NCBI GenBank assembly: GCA_028867025.1
Contig: JAGWHC010000001.1
Coordinates: forward strand, 118,972-182,971
Source of the DNA: Candidatus Micrarchaeota archaeon
Lineage (GTDB): Archaea > Micrarchaeota > Micrarchaeia > Micrarchaeales > CABMGC01
DNA: 64,000 nt
Reading direction: 5' to 3'
Positions 44,382-53,197 of the stretch are shown here, in pieces. The notes beneath the pieces are model-generated. The model saw only the letters and a list, made by a program, of their open reading frames with translations, did not search any database and had not been told where the DNA came from. Positions within the stretch are counted from its first letter, which is position 1. Every line of letters begins with the position of its first letter. Both the position numbers and the translations under genes were made by a program.

Positions 44382-44615
44382 TTATACATCTCGCTTCTTT
44401 AGTAAGGCCTTTTCTTTAGATGCGTGACCTTTTGTTATATTCAATATTTCTGCTATGTCTCTGTCTTCTGTGACCCCTCTGCTTACCAAGTATGCTACTT
44501 TCTCTTTAATTGAAAGTTTTTTACCTAGATTTTCATTTACATCTATCAGTAGACTAGCTATGAGACTTAGCTTTCTTGATGCTCTATCTGAAGGATCTGT
44601 CTCCCCCATATTCAT
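44382..44615 (-). CDS. Small HTH protein (77 aa), member A of the tandem array
   Basis: ...LSLIASLLIDV...IKEKVAYLVSRGVTEDRDIAEILNITKGHASKEK. Lies 2 nt upstream of member B. Confidence 0.55.
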   Translation of the reverse strand: MNMGETDPSDRASRKLSLIASLLIDVNENLGKKLSIKEKVAYLVSRGVTEDRDIAEILNITKGHASKEKALLKKRDV

Positions 44616-44818
44616 TAATTAGAAAGTAAACTATTTAAGCATTGTGTGGGTGGGTTAAGAGGTATATAACTACTAAATTAATGAATGGGTCTAAAGAGAA
44701 GACTGACAACCTACGAAAAACGTGTAAGCTCCATTCATAGTCTGATTCTCCCTTAAGGGCTTTGAACTTTTGCTCTTCTTTCCATAGCAAACAAAAACTT
44801 TCCCTTCCCTATATCTCC

Positions 44819-45685
44819 ATGCTCCCAGACTGGCTTGCAATCAAGCCTGCCAACACAGAGAGATACGGCGAGATAAAGCAGACCATAGACGTAATGGGCT
44901 TGCACACCGTCTGTGTTGAGGCTCATTGTCCTAATATTACCGAATGCTGGAGCGCAGGTACAGCTACGTTCATGATACTCGGCGGCACCTGCACCAGGGG
45001 CTGCAGGTTCTGCGCTGTGCAGAAACGCGCCATCGGCGAGGGTATAGACATGCTGGAACCCACGAAGCTCGCCGCGGTTATCAAGAAGTGGGGCCTCGAC
45101 TACGTCGTACTCACCTCAGTATGCAGGGACGACCTGCCTGATCAGGGCTCCGGCCACTTCGCAGCCTGCGTCAGGGAGATCAAGAAAGCATGCGCGAACA
45201 CGCTTGTGGAGGTACTGATACCTGATTTCCGCGGTGATGTATCGTGCCTGCAGCGGATCGTCGACGCGAAGCCTGACGTGATAGGGCACAACATCGAGAC
45301 GGTAGAGAGGCTTAATCCTGTTATCAGGGACAGGAGAGCTAATTATTCGCAGTCCTTGAAGGTTCTGCAGACCTCCAAGCAGCTTGATAGGCGCATATAC
45401 ACCAAGTCGGCCATGATGCTTGGCGTGGGCGAGACAGAGGAGGAGATAATCAAGGCGCTGCAGGACCTGCGCGCCAACGGCGTGGACTTCGTTGCCATCG
45501 GCCAGTACCTAAGGCCCTCGCAGCACCACTACGAGGTGAAGGAGTACGTAATGCCTGAGAAGTTTGAGCGCCTCAGGAAGAAGGCCCTCGAGCTGGGCTT
45601 CCTCTACGTGGCCGCCGGTCCGTTCGTCAGGAGCTCGTACAAGGCGGGAGAGTACTTCGTCAAGAGGCTCATACAGAACAGGTGA
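44819..45685 (+). CDS. lipA: Lipoyl synthase
   Basis: CVEAHCPNITECW (auxiliary cluster) and CTRGCRFCAV (radical-SAM CxxxCxxC). ATG at 44819. Confidence 0.9.
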   Translation: MLPDWLAIKPANTERYGEIKQTIDVMGLHTVCVEAHCPNITECWSAGTATFMILGGTCTRGCRFCAVQKRAIGEGIDMLEPTKLAAVIKKWGLDYVVLTSVCRDDLPDQGSGHFAACVREIKKACANTLVEVLIPDFRGDVSCLQRIVDAKPDVIGHNIETVERLNPVIRDRRANYSQSLKVLQTSKQLDRRIYTKSAMMLGVGETEEEIIKALQDLRANGVDFVAIGQYLRPSQHHYEVKEYVMPEKFERLRKKALELGFLYVAAGPFVRSSYKAGEYFVKRLIQNR

Positions 45686-45710
45686 TTGCGTGAGAGTCGG
45701 CGTTGCTGGA

Positions 45711-46571
45711 ATGAGGGACCTGCGCATTGCCGCGACCCCCAGAAGCTTCTACTCGGACAAAAGGTCGAACGGGAGGGTGCTGATAGTGGGAGGGAGCGCC
45801 AGGTTCCACGGGGCGCCGGTTCTTGCAACCAATGCCGCACACATGACACTTGCGGCTCTGCGTGTAGGTGCCGGGTACGCGATAACGTGCGTGCCGAAGA
45901 GCGTTGTCTCACCGGTGAGAAAGCTCTCGGCGAATCTCATAGTAAGACCGCTGAGCGGCGAAAACATAAACAGAAGAGACCTTGAAGCCCTGAAAAGCGA
46001 AGCAAAAAGAAGCGATTGCGTAGTGTTGGGACCTGGACTTGGAAGGGAGAGGGCTACGATAAACGCGATATCCAATCTGGTCTCGTACTGTATGAAGCAG
46101 GATAAAAAGTTGCTTGTGGACGCAGATGCAATACTCGCAATACGGGGAAAGAAGCTAAACAAGAAGGTCCTGATCACGCCCAACGATAAGGAGTTTCATA
46201 ACCTGAGCAAGGCACCGCTCATGGATAGGAATGCAAGGATTGAGGCTACGAAGAAGCTAGCGCAGAAGCTGGATGCAAACGTGCTGCTCAAGGGCTACTT
46301 CACTGTAGTGAGTGATGGAAAGAGGACGAAGCTGGTTGAGACGAGGAGCGCGGCTCTGGCAACAATGGGAACCGGCGACGTACTATCCGGGATAATAGGC
46401 GGCTACATGACGCTGAACAGAGATGTGTTTGTCTCCGCTGTTGCGGGTGCCTATCTCCACGCGAAAATAGGGGATATGCTCTACAAGGAGAAGGGATATC
46501 ACATAATAGCGAGCGATCTGGTCGACTATATACCCAATGTGCTCAAGAAATTCGACAAGACTACCTACTGA
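45711..46571 (+). CDS. ADP/ATP-dependent NAD(P)H-hydrate dehydratase (YjeF C-terminal / carbohydrate kinase family)
   Basis: VLIVGGSARFHGAPVLA..., VLGPGLG, GTGDVLSGIIGG. Start is ATG 45711 or GTG 45690. The track ORF start (45564) overlaps lipA. Confidence 0.8.
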   Translation: MRDLRIAATPRSFYSDKRSNGRVLIVGGSARFHGAPVLATNAAHMTLAALRVGAGYAITCVPKSVVSPVRKLSANLIVRPLSGENINRRDLEALKSEAKRSDCVVLGPGLGRERATINAISNLVSYCMKQDKKLLVDADAILAIRGKKLNKKVLITPNDKEFHNLSKAPLMDRNARIEATKKLAQKLDANVLLKGYFTVVSDGKRTKLVETRSAALATMGTGDVLSGIIGGYMTLNRDVFVSAVAGAYLHAKIGDMLYKEKGYHIIASDLVDYIPNVLKKFDKTTY

Positions 46572-47307
46572 AGTTCCAGGAGTCTGTAGAGTAGACCGTC
46601 CTTGCGAGCTCGCTTGCTCTCACTTCCTCGTCTCCACTCAGGCTTCCTTGCTTGTATTCCTTACCTTTGGTGAACCCCTTCAGCAGCGCCTCATACGTCT
46701 CTTCTATAGATGCGCCCGAGTACTTCGACACTGACGTAACTCGCTCCTCCACGCTCTTTATCATCTTGTCAGAGATCTTCTCAGCACTCACGTTCAGCAG
46801 CGAGAACATCCTCTTCACGTCGGTGCTGTAGAGCACCGTTCCGTGTTGCAGCAGCACGCCCTGCTTCCTGGTCTGCGCGTTGCCGGATATCTTCCTGCCC
46901 TGCACGAGTATGTCGTTTATCGGGGCGAACGTCGCTTCTATGCCGAGCGTCTTCAGGCCTGCGATTATCCAATCGCAAATGAAAGCGTAGCTTTCTCTTA
47001 TGCCATGGGGGAAAAACGACTCCGGAGCTATGACGCTGTACGTCACCTCGCCGTCGAGGTCGTGGTATACGGCACCGCCGCCAGTTATGCGCCTTATGTA
47101 ATTGACGCCGAGCTCCCTGCACCTTGCCGTGTTGACCTCCTTCTCCATGCTCTGGAATGTGCCTATAGACACTGCGCTCGGTTTCCACCTGTAGAATCTT
47201 ATCGTTGGCTCCGCCTTTCCGTCCCTTACCGCTTCCAGAATTGCTTCATCTGTGCCCATGTTCGTGTATGCGTCGTGTATCTCCAACGGGATTACTCTCC
47301 ACTTCAC
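46561..47307 (-). CDS. lplA: Lipoate-protein ligase A, catalytic domain only
   Basis: TIRFYRWKPSAVSIGTFQS...RRITGGGAVYHD...ISGNAQ. Lacks the C-terminal accessory domain. Confidence 0.85.
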   Translation of the reverse strand: MKWRVIPLEIHDAYTNMGTDEAILEAVRDGKAEPTIRFYRWKPSAVSIGTFQSMEKEVNTARCRELGVNYIRRITGGGAVYHDLDGEVTYSVIAPESFFPHGIRESYAFICDWIIAGLKTLGIEATFAPINDILVQGRKISGNAQTRKQGVLLQHGTVLYSTDVKRMFSLLNVSAEKISDKMIKSVEERVTSVSKYSGASIEETYEALLKGFTKGKEYKQGSLSGDEEVRASELARTVYSTDSWNFSR

Positions 47308-47588
47308 TTCTTCACCGCCATCCTTATCGTCTCCGCGATCGCGTCCGGTGTTACGCCTATCAGCTCCGCGTTGTTCATGGCCAGCACCTTCGCTATCTTT
47401 CCCGATATTTCGTCCTTCTTCGCTCTGGGGCTCGTGCCGACGAGTGCCTTCTCTATCCTTGGCAGCGTCTCCTCCGGGTGCAGGAAGAAGTCTCCCAGAA
47501 TCTGCACGCTCCTTATTTTGGGTCCGTAGACTAGCTTTACGCTAACCATCTTTCCCCCCGGAACCTTCTGCTCTGCGAAGCCCTCCAC
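47304..47588 (-). CDS. lplB: Lipoate-protein ligase accessory (C-terminal) domain protein LplB
   Basis: QKVPGGKMVSVKLVY...IRSVQILGDFFLHPEE. A separate 94-aa gene that overlaps the lplA start by 4 nt, the same arrangement as the Thermoplasma bipartite ligase. Confidence 0.75.
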   Translation of the reverse strand: MEGFAEQKVPGGKMVSVKLVYGPKIRSVQILGDFFLHPEETLPRIEKALVGTSPRAKKDEISGKIAKVLAMNNAELIGVTPDAIAETIRMAVKK

Positions 47589-47638
47589 GTATCAACTATC
47601 CGCAAAAGATATTTAAGAATTAGGCGAGCATTCAGTGC

Positions 47639-47953
47639 ATGGCATTGCAGAAACTGGGGATAAACAAGAAGGACCTGAAGGAGGATTCACCGACTGGGGC
47701 TGAGGCCGGAGGGAAGAAGCTTGCTGTTGTGCTACACAAGGGCAAGGTCTTTGCCATATATGCAGTGTGCACCCACGAGGGCGGTCCACTCGAGGAGGGC
47801 TCGATGGACGGCGACGAGATAATCTGCCCGTGGCACTCCGGAGCGTACAACATAATGACAGGCAAGGCAGACGAGAACACGAACTGGGTGCACGATACGC
47901 CGGTGTACAAGATAGTCGAAGGCGCCGACGGCGCACTCTCGGTAGACATGTGA
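47639..47953 (+). CDS. Rieske [2Fe-2S] domain protein
   Basis: CTHEGGPL...CPWHSGAY (CxH...CxxH). Confidence 0.8.
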   Translation: MALQKLGINKKDLKEDSPTGAEAGGKKLAVVLHKGKVFAIYAVCTHEGGPLEEGSMDGDEIICPWHSGAYNIMTGKADENTNWVHDTPVYKIVEGADGALSVDM

Positions 47954-47955
47954 GG

Positions 47956-49233
47956 CTACTGCCTCCACAGCCTTTCGTCCTCGCCGCGGCTGCCCGAAGT
48001 TGATATGAATTCGGCGAAGGCGCTCTCGAGCCCGTCCGGGTGGCCGATGCCTATGAGCGCTGTCTCTTCATCGTTGAGCTTCATCGCCTCGTTTATCGAC
48101 CTGATCTCGTCGCTCGTTGCGGACGCGTGCGGCCTCTTGTTCGTGAACGAGATGCAGCCGTACTTGTTGAATACGTCAGCGTGGGTTTTCTCTTCTAATC
48201 CGCCGCCGCTCAGCCTTATGGCGAACGCGCGGTTCTCTCCGGCAATGCCCTTCATTATCGTGGGGCTCTTGTTGCTGATGAACACGCCAGTGACATCGAA
48301 GATCGTGAACCTGTCCAATGCCTTGTTCTTAGTGATGCGCTCCTGCCTGGAGGCGTAGCTGCGCTGTATTATCACCCCGGCGCCGATGAGCAGCGCTGCC
48401 ACCAGGTAGTACGGTTCTATGGGCGTGGCCGTCAGGAGGGCGGCGAACAGGATTGTGAAGAACGGCACAGTGACCACTGCATTGCCGAAGAGCAGGGGGC
48501 CGAATGCCCTGATCACGTAGTAGACCATGAACGGGCCCAAGGCATAGCCGAAGGCGCCCAGGAACAGGACAGCGACTGCAGAGCTCGGGGTGAAGGCTAT
48601 GCCAAGGCTTGTCTGCGTCGCAGCTGCGAGGAGCGATATGAAAACGAGCGATGCGAGGTTGAATATCACCACACCCCCCGCGGCGTTGAAGTTGTACTTG
48701 TTGAAGAAGAGCTGCACCGAGGTGGTGCAGAGGCCGGCGAAGATGAGCAGTGCCATGGCCGGCGCCGTCGCCATGCTGATGTTGACCAGCGTGCCGCCGC
48801 TTATCACCACGTATACCCCTACGAAACCTATCACTGAGGCAAGGAGCTGCATGCTCTTGACCTTCTGCTTAAGCATGAACGGCAGCAGGAGCGCGACTAT
48901 TATCACGTAGCCCCTGTACACTATAGCGCTTATGCTCGGGTTAGTCCCCAGGGTCCCGGCAGCGAGGAACAGCTGGGTGAGCGCGTTGTTCACCAGGCCG
49001 ATCGCGATTATCATAAGGAGCAGCCTGTGGTTTTTGGCGATCGAGACTACGCTCGCTCCCCTGTCTGCCACAAGGCTTATCGCTATGGAGACGACCAGGG
49101 CTACGAGGAAGCCGTAGAAGAGCTCTGGTATCACGCCCATCTTGCTTCCGGCTATCTGTAGGAAGATGGACCAGAATGAAAGCTCCAGCACAACGAATGC
49201 GAGTGCAAACATTGCCTTGCGCGACACGTTCAT
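47956..49233 (-). CDS. EamA/DMT-family transporter with a C-terminal soluble extension of about 125 aa
   Basis: 10 TM helices, followed by a cytoplasmic tail (RFTIFDVTGVFISNK...IGIGHPDGLESAFAEFI) of unknown family. Confidence 0.6.
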   Translation of the reverse strand: MNVSRKAMFALAFVVLELSFWSIFLQIAGSKMGVIPELFYGFLVALVVSIAISLVADRGASVVSIAKNHRLLLMIIAIGLVNNALTQLFLAAGTLGTNPSISAIVYRGYVIIVALLLPFMLKQKVKSMQLLASVIGFVGVYVVISGGTLVNISMATAPAMALLIFAGLCTTSVQLFFNKYNFNAAGGVVIFNLASLVFISLLAAATQTSLGIAFTPSSAVAVLFLGAFGYALGPFMVYYVIRAFGPLLFGNAVVTVPFFTILFAALLTATPIEPYYLVAALLIGAGVIIQRSYASRQERITKNKALDRFTIFDVTGVFISNKSPTIMKGIAGENRAFAIRLSGGGLEEKTHADVFNKYGCISFTNKRPHASATSDEIRSINEAMKLNDEETALIGIGHPDGLESAFAEFISTSGSRGEDERLWRQ

Positions 49234-49348
49234 GGTAGCTTATCTGTTTCCTCCATTTAAAAACCAGGCACTTTTATCTGAATTTATTTACGAATTTTTC
49301 GGATTTCCATACTAGGTATTTTATGCCTTCGCGTCGAGTATCTGTCGC

Positions 49349-50362
49349 ATGTCCGAATGGGATTTCATCCCTACTAACAGGGACAAGATGATACTGAGGG
49401 AGCTAAGCGCCGACTCGCGGGCGAGCCTGACCCGCCTCGGGAAGGCGGCTGGCTGCTCTGCGCTGACAGCCAGCAAGCTCGTTGACCGGCTGGTGAAGAA
49501 CCTTGACATCCGCTTCACGCTGGAGATAGACCTCAACAACCTCGGCTTCTCGGAGCGCCACATGATATCGGTCAGGTTCGGGAGAAGGCCTGACGAGGAG
49601 TTCCTCCGCAGCCTGTTCAGGGACGACCCCGTTGTGCACGACGCGTATCTGACCGATGGCGACTACGGCCTGGTGATCTTCGCGGCCACCGATTCGCCCA
49701 TGGGCTACATGAAGTGGGAGACCGACCTTGCATCAAATCTCTCCGACTACCTGCCGGAGCTGAGGCCCTCGGAGTACATACACGAGGTCCTGGGCTACAT
49801 GCCCCTGGACAACTCGTTCGTGGACCACATCAAGGAGGTGATAAAGATAGACAAGAAGGACAGGCAGATACTCCAGCTGCTGAACGGGAACTCGAGGGTA
49901 AGCTACAGGGAGATGGGCAAGCGCCTGGGCATGAACGAGGACACTATACGCTACAGGGTCTTCAAGCTGCAGCGCAAGGGCGTGATACGCAGATTCACGA
50001 TCGCGGCGCAGCGCGTGAGCGGCTCAATAAGCACCTTCTTCATGAGGTTCAGCTTCGACAAGAGGACCATACCCGACCTCTTCCCCGAGCAGAGAAAGCA
50101 CAACATGAACGAGGACGAGCCTTTGCCCCTGCTGAACAGGACCGTGATTGTCGCCCTGATGAGCGGCAGCTACCGCTTCTTCTCGATGTCGTACGGCAAA
50201 ACCAAGGAGCAGGCGCTCGCGACCGGGCTGAAGTGGCACCTCAACCTAGTAAGGAACAACAACCCGCACGAGATTCACGCGATGTTCGTCAAGCCCATAA
50301 AGGGCCTGTTGCCGCTCAGGAACCTGGACCCGAAGCGGTACTACAGGTTCATCTGGACGTAG
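49349..50362 (+). CDS. Tandem (duplicated) Lrp/AsnC-type transcriptional regulator
   Basis: ILRELSADSRASLTRLGKAAGCSALTASKLV and LLNGNSRVSYREMGKRLGMNEDTIRYRVFKLQRKGVIRRFTI. Colinear paralog of 36278-37315. Confidence 0.7.
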   Translation: MSEWDFIPTNRDKMILRELSADSRASLTRLGKAAGCSALTASKLVDRLVKNLDIRFTLEIDLNNLGFSERHMISVRFGRRPDEEFLRSLFRDDPVVHDAYLTDGDYGLVIFAATDSPMGYMKWETDLASNLSDYLPELRPSEYIHEVLGYMPLDNSFVDHIKEVIKIDKKDRQILQLLNGNSRVSYREMGKRLGMNEDTIRYRVFKLQRKGVIRRFTIAAQRVSGSISTFFMRFSFDKRTIPDLFPEQRKHNMNEDEPLPLLNRTVIVALMSGSYRFFSMSYGKTKEQALATGLKWHLNLVRNNNPHEIHAMFVKPIKGLLPLRNLDPKRYYRFIWT

Positions 50363-50570
50363 GCGCTCGACGTCGCGTGTAAAGAAATCCGAAATTATTG
50401 CAAATAAAATTCAAGAAAAAATAAGGTATTTAAATTAGAAGATCCATATCATTGCTTCAAGGGAAAGAGTCGGTCTAGCACAGTGTATCTTACACTTGCG
50501 CTTGTTTTAAACCCACCCACCCATACCGCCTTTCCCCACCCGATAATTGCGCGGCGTGAGCTCTGCACGG

Positions 50571-51935
50571 CTACTTGCCGTAGAAGTAATGTATCGACCT
50601 GCCGAGCGCAGCCTCTGCCGCCTCCTGCAACGCCTCGCTGTACGTCGGGTGCGGATGTATCGAATCGGCTATGTCCTCTAGCGTGGCACCCATCTCTATG
50701 GCCACCACTGCCTCGCCGATTATGTCGCCTGCGTCGTCGGAGACGACCTCAACGCCCCTGACTATATTATCCGAGTCTGCTGCTATCTTGACGAAGCCGT
50801 TGGTTGCGTTGAGTGCTATCGCCCTGCCCAGCGCCGTGAGTGGGAACTTCGTGACCTTCAGGTCGTCGCCGTCGATCCTTCCCGCTATTGCTATCTCCGG
50901 ATCTGAGAATATCACTGCGGGCACGACCATGTTGTCGTAGGCGGCGTTCTGTCCCGCTGCGACCTCTGCTGCGACTATTCCCTGCCGCATCGCCTTGTGT
51001 GCGAGAAGCGGCTCGCCGATGACGTCGCCGACGGCCAGTATGCCCGGATCCGTGGTCCGGAGGGCGTTGTCTACCTTCACAAATCCCTTATCATCGAGCT
51101 TCACCTGCGTGTTCTCAAGGCCGAGTCCCTGAGTGTACGGCGAAAGGCCCACGGCGACCACTATGAGCTGCGAGAACACCCTCTTCCCGTCGCTCAGCGT
51201 CACTGAGCTCGCGTCATATGAGACAGGGGTGGCGCCAGTGAATATCTTGATTCCGAGCTCGTCCATCTTCTTCTTTACCACTTCGACGGCGTCCCTGTCG
51301 AACAGCCTGAGGACGTCCGACCTCGCCACTATCGAGACCTTCGACCCGAGCTTGGCGTAGAGCATGCCTATCTCTACGGCGACGTATCCTGCCCCGAGTA
51401 TCGCTATCGTTTCGGGCAGGTAGTCGAGCATGAGCGCCTCCTTGTAATCGATTATCCTCCTGTGGTCGAATTCGAAGCCCTTCAGCACAGTGGGATCCGA
51501 GCCTGTTGCGATTATAGCCTTCTTGAAATCGATGGAGCCCCCGCCGCCTATCTGGAGCGAACTCGATGAAGTGAACATCGCCGAGCCTTTCGCAACCTCG
51601 ACTCCGTTGGACTTGCACAAGAAATCTACGCCCTTCTCCAGCTTGTCCGATGCATCCATGCGCCATTTGTAGAGCTCTGTCGGTTCCACGTGTATCTCGC
51701 CGACGTGTATGCCGAAGTTCTCCGCATGCTGTATCTCGTAGAACATGTCCGCTACCTTTATCATCGTCTTTGAGGGTATGCAGGCGTAGTTGAGGCAGTG
51801 GCCTCCGAGCTTCTCCTTCTCTATGAGCGCGACGCTCTTGCCGATCTGCGCCGCGTGTATCGCGGCGAAGTAGCCGCCCACTCCTCCGCCTATGACCGCA
51901 ATGTCCACTGCTTCGGGAAGGGAACCCATTACCAT
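50571..51935 (-). CDS. lpdA: Dihydrolipoamide dehydrogenase (E3)
   Basis: VIGGGVGGYFAA...LGGHCLNYACIPSK (redox-active disulfide) and C-terminal HPHPTYSE. Confidence 0.9.
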   Translation of the reverse strand: MVMGSLPEAVDIAVIGGGVGGYFAAIHAAQIGKSVALIEKEKLGGHCLNYACIPSKTMIKVADMFYEIQHAENFGIHVGEIHVEPTELYKWRMDASDKLEKGVDFLCKSNGVEVAKGSAMFTSSSSLQIGGGGSIDFKKAIIATGSDPTVLKGFEFDHRRIIDYKEALMLDYLPETIAILGAGYVAVEIGMLYAKLGSKVSIVARSDVLRLFDRDAVEVVKKKMDELGIKIFTGATPVSYDASSVTLSDGKRVFSQLIVVAVGLSPYTQGLGLENTQVKLDDKGFVKVDNALRTTDPGILAVGDVIGEPLLAHKAMRQGIVAAEVAAGQNAAYDNMVVPAVIFSDPEIAIAGRIDGDDLKVTKFPLTALGRAIALNATNGFVKIAADSDNIVRGVEVVSDDAGDIIGEAVVAIEMGATLEDIADSIHPHPTYSEALQEAAEAALGRSIHYFYGK

Positions 51936-53179
51936 CAGAGCATCTCAAGGAACTCTGGGTCCTCAAGGTACTGTATTATCGCGTTCCCGAACTTCACCGC
52001 GTCGGCCCCGTCGACCACCCTGTGGTCGAAGCTCAGCGATAGGGGCAGTACCTTGCCTACGGCAACCTCGTTGTTCCTCACCACAGGCATGTCCTTCAGC
52101 ATGTGCACTCCGAGTATCCCTACCTCGGGGTAGTTTATCATAGGCACGGACAGGTAGCCGCCGCCCAGGCTGCCTATGTTGGTTATCGTGAAGGTGCTGT
52201 CCTTCATCTCCTCCAGCGTTATCGTCTGGTCCTGCAGCTTCTTGTGCAGCTCCTGTATCTCCTTTGCGATTTCGAGTATGCTCTTCTTGTCAGCGTCCTT
52301 TATCACAACCACCTTCAGCCCGTCAGGCGCCTCGGCCGCGAGGCCGATGTTGTAATATTTCTTGATGATTATCTCCTGGGTCTCGTGATCGTAGCTTGCG
52401 TTGAACCTCGGGTTCTCCTTCAGCGCTTCCACGACCGCCTTTATTATGAAGGGCAGGAAGGTGAGGTGTATGTCCATCTTCGCTGCGCTCGCCTTCTCCT
52501 TGGTCACCATATTGAACAAAGCTGTCGCGTCAAGCAAGTCCATGTGCACCGCCCTGGGTATCGTCCACGAGAGCTCCATGTTCTTCGCTATCGCCTTCCT
52601 TGTCATGCTCATCTGCTCCCTGCTTATCTCCTTGGCGTGCTGCTCCTCGAGAACCTCGGAGAACTTGGGCATCGGCCTTGAACTCAGCGCCTCTCCGTGG
52701 GCGACGCCCCTAATGTCGTTCTCAAGTATGCGGCCGTTCGGGCCCGTTCCAGTCACCTTTGAGATGTCAACGTTGAGGTCGTGCGCCAGTTTCCTGACCG
52801 ACGGCGTGGCCAGAGGCTCCTTTGACCTTATTGCTGTCTGCTGAGGCTGGGGCGTCTGCTGCTGCGGTGCCTGCTGCTGCGGCTGCTGCGCCTGTTGCGG
52901 CTGCGGTGCGGGAGCGGCCCCCTGCTTTACCGCAGATGCCAGCTCTGCGGGATCGCCTATCTGAGCGACCAGGTCGCCCACGTGCAGGATCGTGCCCTCA
53001 GGAGCGACTATCCTCAGTGTGCCTGAAATCGGCGCGGGAACGTTGACGACGGCCTTGTCGGTTTCGACCTGCACTATTGGCTGGTCCTCCTTCACCATGT
53101 CGCCGTACTTGAAGAGCCACTTCCTGACGTGGCCCTCGGTTATTCCCTCTCCGACATCCACGAACCTTATCTCTTTCAT
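51935..53179 (-). CDS. Dihydrolipoamide acyltransferase (E2) of a 2-oxoacid dehydrogenase complex
   Basis: Lipoyl domain VQVETDKAVVNVPAP, a Q/P-rich linker, PSBD ATPSVRKLAHDLNVDISKVTGTGPNGRI, and catalytic SFDHRVVDGA. Confidence 0.9.
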   Translation of the reverse strand: MKEIRFVDVGEGITEGHVRKWLFKYGDMVKEDQPIVQVETDKAVVNVPAPISGTLRIVAPEGTILHVGDLVAQIGDPAELASAVKQGAAPAPQPQQAQQPQQQAPQQQTPQPQQTAIRSKEPLATPSVRKLAHDLNVDISKVTGTGPNGRILENDIRGVAHGEALSSRPMPKFSEVLEEQHAKEISREQMSMTRKAIAKNMELSWTIPRAVHMDLLDATALFNMVTKEKASAAKMDIHLTFLPFIIKAVVEALKENPRFNASYDHETQEIIIKKYYNIGLAAEAPDGLKVVVIKDADKKSILEIAKEIQELHKKLQDQTITLEEMKDSTFTITNIGSLGGGYLSVPMINYPEVGILGVHMLKDMPVVRNNEVAVGKVLPLSLSFDHRVVDGADAVKFGNAIIQYLEDPEFLEML

Positions 53180-53197
53180 CGTTTTACCCTTGCGTCT

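Larger units (their letters stand above)
39652..44760. other. AT-rich accessory (probably horizontally acquired) island between nre and lipA
   Basis: Abrupt composition shift. Hand-counted 60-nt lines give 22/60 G+C (41461) and 24/60 (42301) inside, against 36/60 (45001) outside. All genes inside are accessory-type. No integrase or flanking direct repeats were found. Confidence 0.7.

Noticed and set aside
39652-44760. Calling the AT-rich island an integrated mobile element or provirus
   Set aside because: No integrase, transposase, capsid or replication gene, and no flanking direct or inverted repeats or tRNA-derived att site could be found by eye. Only the compositional anomaly and accessory gene content are supported, so it is reported as an island rather than a mobile element.
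49714-50382. 222-aa alternative-frame ORF inside the second tandem-Lrp gene. The same applies to 51214-51966 inside lpdA/E2, and to the antisense ORFs 59376-60128, 46843-47529, 32954-33718 and 35124-35879.
   Set aside because: All lie within genes that have strong family motifs in another frame or on the other strand. Their compositions are typical of off-frame translation of GC-rich coding DNA.
52840-52925. CTG/CAG-rich quasi-repeat (ctgctgctgcggctgctgcgcctgttgcggctgcgg)
   Set aside because: It encodes the Gln/Pro/Ala-rich flexible linker (APAPQPQQAQQPQQQAPQQQTPQPQQ) between the lipoyl and subunit-binding domains of E2. That is a normal feature of these proteins, not a repeat element.
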